A DNA stretch of 64,000 nucleotides from a virus, in the IMG/VR virus record IMGVR_UViG_3300016476_000174, positions 32,001-96,000 of that record; one strand, given 5' to 3'. Under the pieces are notes generated by a model, which saw nothing but the letters and a program-made list of their open reading frames with translations, searched no databases and was not told where the DNA came from. Within the stretch, counting starts at the first letter, position 1. Each line of letters starts with the position of its first letter. Below, one piece after another: positions 57,542 through 64,000 of this stretch. The translations under genes and the position numbers were made by a program.

Positions 57542-58558
57542 TTACTGATTCCAGTACTTTTCTACTTTCTTTGTCAAGTCTACCAAGATCTCTTCATTCA
57601 AAGGGTTCTTTAAGTATTCTACACAATCACTAGGAGTACGTCCTAACATTGTTGTAGTTTCCATATGGTAGATAAATCCGTCAGCCTTAGTTGCAATAAA
57701 CTTGTAATATGTACAATCTTTTACAATAGCTCTAATCTTTAATGTTTCCATATCTAGAGTAGCAGCATCTAAGAATCTCTGAGCGGTCTTACGCTTATCT
57801 TTCTCAACAAGATCACCGTTAATAAACTTATCCATGTTGTCATAGATAATATCATTTGGTGTAGACTTCTTATATTGAGCACTGTTAGGATCTAACACTT
57901 TTGCTACATATAGAAGTTTATTCTGGTTCTTGTCAAATAACTTCTGAAGTTCAGCAAGAGCTTTATTACGCATCTTCTTAACTTCTGTTTGTACTGAAGC
58001 TGTTTCTTCAAGCTTATCTAAGTAAAACTTAGGAGGAACTGGCATTCTGCGAGCTTCTTCTAAGCTTTTAGCTACAATTGAAAAACCTCCTGCTTCAATA
58101 GCATATAATCTAATTAGATCATATGGATCTTTATCAGGTTCTAAGTAACTTGGTTCGTTACCACATCTAATTTTAATCTTATCCCAAAACTCAGAATTAT
58201 CAGGTTTCATCAACTTGATCTTATTCCAGAAGTTTTCATCTGTAGGATCAACTACATTAGCTGCTAGTTCTTTTTCTAACTGTGCAACTATTACACGGAT
58301 CTGTTTAACTTTAGCTTCTTGCTCATCTGCAGGTAGCCCTTTAACATCTGGAGAAAACTCATTTAATCCAGTAATGTATCTTTTGATACCGTTAATCTCA
58401 AGACAAGCTAATTGTTCCTCGTGGAACGCTCCGTCAAAAAGACTTAATCCATACTTCTGTAGTCCCATATTGTCTACATTAGGATCAAAAAATGGTCTAA
58501 TGGCAACAGTGGACTTCTTGTTTTGTGGATACTTCTCCACGATTGTTACTCCGCTCAT
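57542..58558 (-). CDS. Conserved crAss head-module protein downstream of MCP (338 aa)
   Basis: NSEFWDK..LEPDKDPYDLI..YLKNPLNEEI pattern and syntenic position. Confidence 0.55.
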   Translation of the reverse strand: MSGVTIVEKYPQNKKSTVAIRPFFDPNVDNMGLQKYGLSLFDGAFHEEQLACLEINGIKRYITGLNEFSPDVKGLPADEQEAKVKQIRVIVAQLEKELAANVVDPTDENFWNKIKLMKPDNSEFWDKIKIRCGNEPSYLEPDKDPYDLIRLYAIEAGGFSIVAKSLEEARRMPVPPKFYLDKLEETASVQTEVKKMRNKALAELQKLFDKNQNKLLYVAKVLDPNSAQYKKSTPNDIIYDNMDKFINGDLVEKDKRKTAQRFLDAATLDMETLKIRAIVKDCTYYKFIATKADGFIYHMETTTMLGRTPSDCVEYLKNPLNEEILVDLTKKVEKYWNQ

Positions 58559-58587
58559 GTTTGGTTTGTTTGGTTTTTATTATAACT

Positions 58588-58737
58588 GGTTACATCTTGT
58601 AACCTTTTATAGAACCTATTAGGAGTTGCGAGCTCCCCATGTGATCAATCATGGTACGCATACAATAGGTGGTCTGCAGATACTATCTACAGAGGGGGTT
58701 TTACATATCTTTTGGCAGGGGATTTTAACCCCCTGCC
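58588..58737 (-). ncRNA. Candidate structured cis-regulatory RNA in the MCP 3' intergenic region
   Basis: Three simple hairpins and a three-way junction (58614-58670). Mismatches on the plus strand become G-U pairs on the transcribed minus strand. Confidence 0.45.
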
Positions 58738-58751
58738 TTAGATACTATTTT

Positions 58752-60371
58752 TTAGAATGATCCTCCAGTAACTGGGTTTCTCATAACAATCTTCAACACC
58801 TTAGTTGGGTCTTTTACCCAGATTGCTGGCATTGTTTGTGTCATGAATACACGGTAACCGTTGAACTGTCCAGAAGACTGGAAGCCTTGAGTACGTCCCA
58901 TGTAGTCCATTGTACCGTTTTGGTAGAACCACTTCAATTGATTATCCCAAGATAACTTCAACAAGTAGATGTTGTCGTTAGTGTTCTCAGTAATATCAAA
59001 GATAATGAAATTATAAGAAGATAATGGGAAACCATCAATAATTGGGTTCTCAATATCATTAGTATGGATGTTATCAAACGCTGGGTTTAATACAAACTTA
59101 ACGTTAGCCAAGAACGGAATAACGTATTGAGTGTATGCAAAACCAAAGTTTAAGTCCATACCTTTACCAGTGATAGCTCCTACTTCTGATGCATTGATTA
59201 CCAATCCAGAGTTGATAGCTTCACGCTTGATAGCTTCGTTAACAAGCTTCATACCACCAAGGCCAGTTTGTACAACCAATTGACGCTTAGGATCTGGACC
59301 TTGGAACTCAACTTTACCATTAAAGAAGTTGAAGATCTCAGATTTAAACAAGTCTAAGTTGAATGAACCTTTGTTGTAAATACGCTTGTAAGAGTTATCT
59401 AACTGCTTCCAAAGACCTACAGAAAGACGGATATCATCTGGACCATCTTGCTTAACTTTACCACCTTGTCCCCACATTAAGTAAGTTTCAATGTCGTTAG
59501 CAATCTTAGTCAAATGAGCAGCTTCCATAGAAGTTAAGAATGTACGAGTTAACTGACCTGATTGGTAAGCTTTCTTTACATAATCTTTACCCATTTTAGA
59601 AGCCATGTCTTCTAAAGAAGAAACAGATGGATCAACACTCTTGTCAAAGTTTCTCCACATTTCAATAACTGGAACTGTTCCGTCAGCTTTCATTCCACCT
59701 TTCATCATTAAGTCAGCACGAGAGCTAACAGAATAGTGAACGTGAGCTTCAGCACCACCTACATAGTTGTAGAATTCACGGAATCCAGCGTTGATGTTAC
59801 CGATATCAGAGAAACGCTCACCGTATTCACCACGAGCAGAACCTTTACGGAACACCTTAGTACCAACTTTAAGATATTTGTTATCCAAATACTTAGCGTT
59901 GTCGTTGTTTACCAACTGAACAGTGTAGATGAAACCGTCACCAGCTGGGATAATATCGTCAGCAGTGATGTACATTTCAACACCATTGTACTTGTCATAA
60001 GTGATGATATCACCATGACCAAAAGAACGCTTGTTTAATTTAATCTTGAAAGACTGACCATCAATACCTTTAGTGGCATTAGCTGATTCAATATCTTCTG
60101 TAATGTATGGAAGATCCTGCGTTACTGGAATCTGCCACTTGTACTCACCACGTGCGTTATCTACAGAGATAACGTTCTTACCGCCAAAGCTAGACATCTG
60201 GTACAAAGGCATTTCTACTTTTTGTGCCATAGCCCATAAATCTACAGGACCTAAATCTGTAGGTTCTGCTGACTTCAGCAAGTTTGAAAGGTGGTAGCTG
60301 TCTACGTGCGAGCTAGTTTGATAGCTGGTATCTCGTAGAAATATACCATTGTTCAAAACTGGAGTTGCCAT
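58752..60371 (-). CDS. Major capsid protein (crAss-like, 539 aa)
   Basis: Portal, scaffold, MCP order. Motifs GEYKWQI, IETYLMWGQGG, VGLWKQL and VQTGLGGM. Confidence 0.8.
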   Translation of the reverse strand: MATPVLNNGIFLRDTSYQTSSHVDSYHLSNLLKSAEPTDLGPVDLWAMAQKVEMPLYQMSSFGGKNVISVDNARGEYKWQIPVTQDLPYITEDIESANATKGIDGQSFKIKLNKRSFGHGDIITYDKYNGVEMYITADDIIPAGDGFIYTVQLVNNDNAKYLDNKYLKVGTKVFRKGSARGEYGERFSDIGNINAGFREFYNYVGGAEAHVHYSVSSRADLMMKGGMKADGTVPVIEMWRNFDKSVDPSVSSLEDMASKMGKDYVKKAYQSGQLTRTFLTSMEAAHLTKIANDIETYLMWGQGGKVKQDGPDDIRLSVGLWKQLDNSYKRIYNKGSFNLDLFKSEIFNFFNGKVEFQGPDPKRQLVVQTGLGGMKLVNEAIKREAINSGLVINASEVGAITGKGMDLNFGFAYTQYVIPFLANVKFVLNPAFDNIHTNDIENPIIDGFPLSSYNFIIFDITENTNDNIYLLKLSWDNQLKWFYQNGTMDYMGRTQGFQSSGQFNGYRVFMTQTMPAIWVKDPTKVLKIVMRNPVTGGSF

Positions 60372-60419
60372 AAGGCTTTTAAATTTAAAGGGTTAATAAT
60401 AAATTAAGTTAATTGTAAA

Positions 60420-61703
60420 TTAGCGTTTAAAAATGTTTGTAGGTCTAGCAATCTTTCTAGTCCTATTTTCATCTTCATCCTGATAAGTAGAAACGTTTTT
60501 ACGACTTTGTTCAGTCTTTAACTGTCTCACTGTTTGTTCTACCGCTTGGTTCTTCCCTTGTTTTACAAGGTTCTGACGGTATTCTTCAGGATTAGATAGT
60601 AACCAAAGTGCTTCAGCAATCAATGGATAGTTAGGTTCTACAAACTGGTACTTCTCTAAAAGATGACCTAACTGGTTAGTTGGTCGTCCACTAATAGAAG
60701 GATAGTTAGGTTGAACTAATCCACTATATAACTGAGCTTGAGTCTTTTTATCTAGCTTAAGTCCATTAATCTCAGCTGGTCTAAGAGCTTCAAATACATT
60801 TTTCATGTATGTTTCAGCTGCCTGCTCCTGTTGCTGCTTTCTGTTTTCTTGTTCTGCAATCTGAGATTGTACAATCTCTTCCTGCATCTGATCCAACTTA
60901 GGCTTAAACTGCTTGGCTTTTTTCTCTAGTACTCCTAGATCTTTCCAAGTAGTTAGTTCTTCTTCAATCTCCTCTTCTGTACCAAAACCAGTAGCTTGTA
61001 AATAAGACTTTACAATACCTTCTTGGTCATTCTCATCAGTAGGATCTAGTTGACGAACTTGTTCAACTTGAGCTAGAGCTTGGAAAAGACCTTTTAAATC
61101 TTGTCCTCCATCTGCTACGTACTTAGCTGCATATTGCAACTCCTCTGGTAATGACTCAAAAAACTCTTGTGGAGTTTTAGCAGCAACTTCTTGTTTTAAG
61201 TTATCAATGTTGGCTTGCCATAGCTCCTCAACATCTTTCTCTCCAAGACCACTTAAGTAATCTTCTAAAGACTGCTTACTCTCATCATAATCATCAAAGG
61301 CAAACATTTCCTTTGACTCAATACGTTTTTTAAGAAACTCTACTAAGCCAGACTTTTCTGTCTTAGGTCTTCCACCTTTAGATTTAGTAGATTGATCATC
61401 ATCACCATCTTGGTCATCATTATCATCTACATTCACAAGGTCATCAATAAAGTCTTTAGCTGCTGCAGGATCTTCTACCTTTTTGTCATCAGCTGGATCT
61501 TTATCATCATCCGCATTATCATCATCCTCATCTAAAAAGTTTGTATCAAACTTTCCTTGACTAAAGATGTTAGGTTTTTGATCTTTCTTATCTTCAGTAG
61601 TAGGAGTTACGATGCTATCTGCACCTGGTGCTCCTAACCAACTATCAATGTCAAGATCTACTTGCTGCACAGATGTCTGCACATTGTTTTGATTATCAGT
61701 CAT
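60420..61703 (-). CDS. Acidic scaffold-like protein (427 aa)
   Basis: Asp/Glu-rich disordered N-terminus and coiled-coil C-terminus, between portal and MCP. Confidence 0.6.
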   Translation of the reverse strand: MTDNQNNVQTSVQQVDLDIDSWLGAPGADSIVTPTTEDKKDQKPNIFSQGKFDTNFLDEDDDNADDDKDPADDKKVEDPAAAKDFIDDLVNVDDNDDQDGDDDQSTKSKGGRPKTEKSGLVEFLKKRIESKEMFAFDDYDESKQSLEDYLSGLGEKDVEELWQANIDNLKQEVAAKTPQEFFESLPEELQYAAKYVADGGQDLKGLFQALAQVEQVRQLDPTDENDQEGIVKSYLQATGFGTEEEIEEELTTWKDLGVLEKKAKQFKPKLDQMQEEIVQSQIAEQENRKQQQEQAAETYMKNVFEALRPAEINGLKLDKKTQAQLYSGLVQPNYPSISGRPTNQLGHLLEKYQFVEPNYPLIAEALWLLSNPEEYRQNLVKQGKNQAVEQTVRQLKTEQSRKNVSTYQDEDENRTRKIARPTNIFKR

Positions 61704-61727
61704 TTTGTTTGGTTTTTATGTGTATCT

Positions 61728-61744
61728 CTACATAATTAATATAC
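61728..61744 (-). promoter_or_regulatory. Putative phage late promoter GTATATTAATTATGTAG
   Basis: Copy of the recurring motif upstream of the scaffold/MCP genes. Confidence 0.6.
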
Positions 61745-61818
61745 AACTTAAATCTTAAAAATTTACTTTTACCGTAATTTTTTTATCTAAGGTATGGATA
61801 ATAGAGCTATAATTATTT

Positions 61819-64000
61819 CTACTTTTTCTTAGAAGTTCCACCTACATCATACTTGTTCTTATTTTCACGAGCAATCTGTAGTTGTTTATCTGCAATTTCT
61901 CTTTGAGTCTGGATCTTCTCACGCTCAATATTAAGCTTCTGAGCACCTTGTTCTTTTCTAGTCATCTCAGTTTCACGTTTCAAGTTCATCTGATCTTGGT
62001 AACGTTGTTCCTGACGAATACCTTCTAAAGCATCTTGGTAATCAGACTGCTCATTTTTATTAATGTCTACACTAGCACCGTATCCAGCTGCTCTAATCTC
62101 AGCCACTGTAAGCTGAGTTTGTCTATCTAGATCAGCTTGTTCAGCTTTAAACTGTAGATCCATCTGCTTCTGACGTTCTTGTGACTCAATCATCTGCTGT
62201 TGTAACTCTTGTTGCTGCTGCATTTCTGCCTGCTTAGCTGCTTGAGTTTTTTGTTCAGCATCTTTAAGAACACCTGTTAACTCTGCAATAGACTCTGATT
62301 TGATTACATTACCTAAGTCATAGATAGATGCACCAGTAGTATTGTTATTAAGAGCAAGTTGTTTAAGCTGCTCCATTACAGCACGTGAGTTAGTTTTTGT
62401 TGTACAGAAGATATTTAAGTCTCTCATTAACAACTCAGTACCGTTCATTTCAAAATTAACCTTCTCATCCTTAGATGTAATGTACTGAAGACGTACACTT
62501 GGTTTTTTAGAATGATAGTATTGAGCTAAGTCTGTACGCATCTGATGAACTCTAGGCATTAAGTTATCAGAATGTTGAATGAAATATTGTTCTGTCTGTG
62601 CATAAGAAGCATTCATAGCCTGCTCTACACCAGTTGCTGTTTCTTGAGCAATAGTCTGACCCATACGTTGTGGGTTAAGACCAATCACTTCAAAAGCTTG
62701 GTTCTTAAAGTAGCTAGCTAGATTTACACGAGAAAGTAAACGATTAGTTTGTTCTAAGTTTAATACTTGGTAGTGTTGAAAGTTAAGAGCATTCTCAGTG
62801 TTAGTAATAGATGTATCTAACGGTAACATCTGGAAGTTCTTCATAGCAACATAAGCCTTAGCCATGTTGTTCTTACCCCAATCCTCACCCATAGAATGAC
62901 GTGGTAACGAGTTTTGATCTAACATGATCACTGTACCAAGTTCATCTACAAGGATATCTGCAATCTGATTGTTTACAATATTGTATCCAATCTGATATGG
63001 CTTCATGAGGTCTACCAATGAAATACTGCGGGTATTACGATCACCAAATACAGAACCTTCCACTGGAAGTTTACACCCATAAAGTGTAGCATCACCTTTA
63101 AACTGGAATGGAATACGTCCCGGTTTACCACCATTAAGTCCTAAGTAAATAGGATTGATACCTCCAGGATTATTCATACCCCAGAAAGCAGGACGGTTAG
63201 GGCCTATTTTAATACCACCCCATGTTTCGTTAATCCAGATCCAATCAATATGCTCACCAAAGATTAAGTTGTCTTTAGACTTTTGCTTGTATATAGAAGT
63301 GTTATACAAAGGTTTATCTGTAACCTTGTAGTTTTCTCCAATGATATCTTGGATAATTTCCCCCTCTTCAGTAATCTTAGTCAAGTGACCAATCTTACGT
63401 TGAGATTTCCAATAGATTGTAGATACACGTAATAAGTGTGACTTACCAAAGTCTACTGTGTCCTCAGAATCAGCTAAGATCCATTCTACAATATCTCCAG
63501 TACCAAACTGTGTATCATATAAAGAAGCATATTGTCTGTATCCCAATGATGGCATTTCTGTATTCCAATCATGAGATTTAGTAGGATCATAGTAAGTACC
63601 ATCATTCTGGTATCCTTGTACAGCATATCCTGCTGAACGTACAGGATAAATAGCTTCTAATGATTCTAACTGATCTTGAGTCATCATCCAGCCATACTTA
63701 TCAATAACATCTGATACAGACATCATATCCATTTTACCTACCCAGTTACCCTGAGAGATATAACGTACATCTGGAGACTTATGATAGAACGTAAGCAATG
63801 GGTTCCAAAGCTCTACATCATAATCATCTTCGTTTAACTTAAAATGCCAGAACTCACGGTCAGTGATAAGCATATCTCTGAATGCACGTTCTTCTAACTC
63901 TTGCATTTTAAATCTTTCTTCATCTACTGACATCTGGTGGGTAGCCCACTCTTCAATCATAGATCTATAATCTTTACGGAAAAATCCTTCAATCTCTGGA
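61819..64000 (-). CDS. Portal protein (5'-truncated by the window edge)
   Basis: The frame stays open upstream of the track ATG (PEIEGFFRKDYRS-MIEE). Motifs AFRDMLITDREF, SLVDLMKPYQ.GYN and QRMGQ..ETATGVEQA, with a Gln-rich coiled-coil C-terminus. Confidence 0.85.
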   Translation of the reverse strand, partial: PEIEGFFRKDYRSMIEEWATHQMSVDEERFKMQELEERAFRDMLITDREFWHFKLNEDDYDVELWNPLLTFYHKSPDVRYISQGNWVGKMDMMSVSDVIDKYGWMMTQDQLESLEAIYPVRSAGYAVQGYQNDGTYYDPTKSHDWNTEMPSLGYRQYASLYDTQFGTGDIVEWILADSEDTVDFGKSHLLRVSTIYWKSQRKIGHLTKITEEGEIIQDIIGENYKVTDKPLYNTSIYKQKSKDNLIFGEHIDWIWINETWGGIKIGPNRPAFWGMNNPGGINPIYLGLNGGKPGRIPFQFKGDATLYGCKLPVEGSVFGDRNTRSISLVDLMKPYQIGYNIVNNQIADILVDELGTVIMLDQNSLPRHSMGEDWGKNNMAKAYVAMKNFQMLPLDTSITNTENALNFQHYQVLNLEQTNRLLSRVNLASYFKNQAFEVIGLNPQRMGQTIAQETATGVEQAMNASYAQTEQYFIQHSDNLMPRVHQMRTDLAQYYHSKKPSVRLQYITSKDEKVNFEMNGTELLMRDLNIFCTTKTNSRAVMEQLKQLALNNNTTGASIYDLGNVIKSESIAELTGVLKDAEQKTQAAKQAEMQQQQELQQQMIESQERQKQMDLQFKAEQADLDRQTQLTVAEIRAAGYGASVDINKNEQSDYQDALEGIRQEQRYQDQMNLKRETEMTRKEQGAQKLNIEREKIQTQREIADKQLQIARENKNKYDVGGTSKKK

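Noticed and set aside
58614-58670. Assignment of the three-way junction to a known ribozyme or riboswitch class
   Set aside because: It lacks the hammerhead core (CUGANGA/GAAA) and recognisable twister, HDV or SAM consensus, so it is kept only as an unclassified candidate.
1105-60297. All plus-strand ORFs of 60-135 aa and the short minus-strand ORFs nested in other frames
   Set aside because: They overlap long, motif-bearing minus-strand genes and look like antisense or alternate-frame shadows with no recognisable motifs.
61819-61860. YDVGG near the portal C-terminus (and VTGG at the MCP end) as members of the GG code
   Set aside because: Single occurrences are compatible with chance and cannot be supported without conservation data.
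1-64000. Stop-codon reassignment (TAG or TGA), known in some crAss-like phages
   Set aside because: Genes tile densely in the standard code, and both TAG (e.g. 54286, 61819) and TGA (e.g. 24089, 46947) end genes at sensible boundaries.
1-64000. CRISPR array, tRNA genes, introns or inteins
   Set aside because: No regularly spaced direct repeats or cloverleafs noticed in the short intergenic gaps, and no homing-endonuclease or intein motifs noticed. This was by eye only, and the giant ORF was only partly translated.

Overview
This 64 kb window is the virion-structure half of an AT-rich crAss-like (Crassvirales-type) phage genome, probably infecting an environmental Bacteroidota host. All credible genes are on the minus strand in the standard genetic code. 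In transcription order (high to low coordinates) they are: portal (5'-truncated), acidic scaffold-like protein, major capsid protein, conserved crAss head and neck proteins, a ferritin/Dps-like protein, an auxiliary capsid-like protein, a roughly 20 kb array of five long tail fibres with chaperones and adhesins, a block of Cys-rich/Fn3-like decoration proteins, a metallophosphoesterase, IHF-like, ring and tail-stabilisation (muzzle) proteins, cargo/ejection proteins, and a giant virion RNA polymerase polyprotein of more than 3000 aa that is missing from the ORF track. The most interesting observations are: (1) cargo polyproteins built of small unrelated domains separated by a repeated hydrophobic-x-x-G-G motif, a possible cleavage or packaging code; (2) three tandem paralogous adhesin genes and a 3:3 match between putative docking domains and fibres, suggesting a branched fibre with a heterotrimeric tip; (3) a NADAR-like domain inside the injected RNAP; (4) a structured RNA after the capsid gene and a conserved late-promoter/operator motif. 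All family assignments come from motif recognition and synteny, not from database searches.
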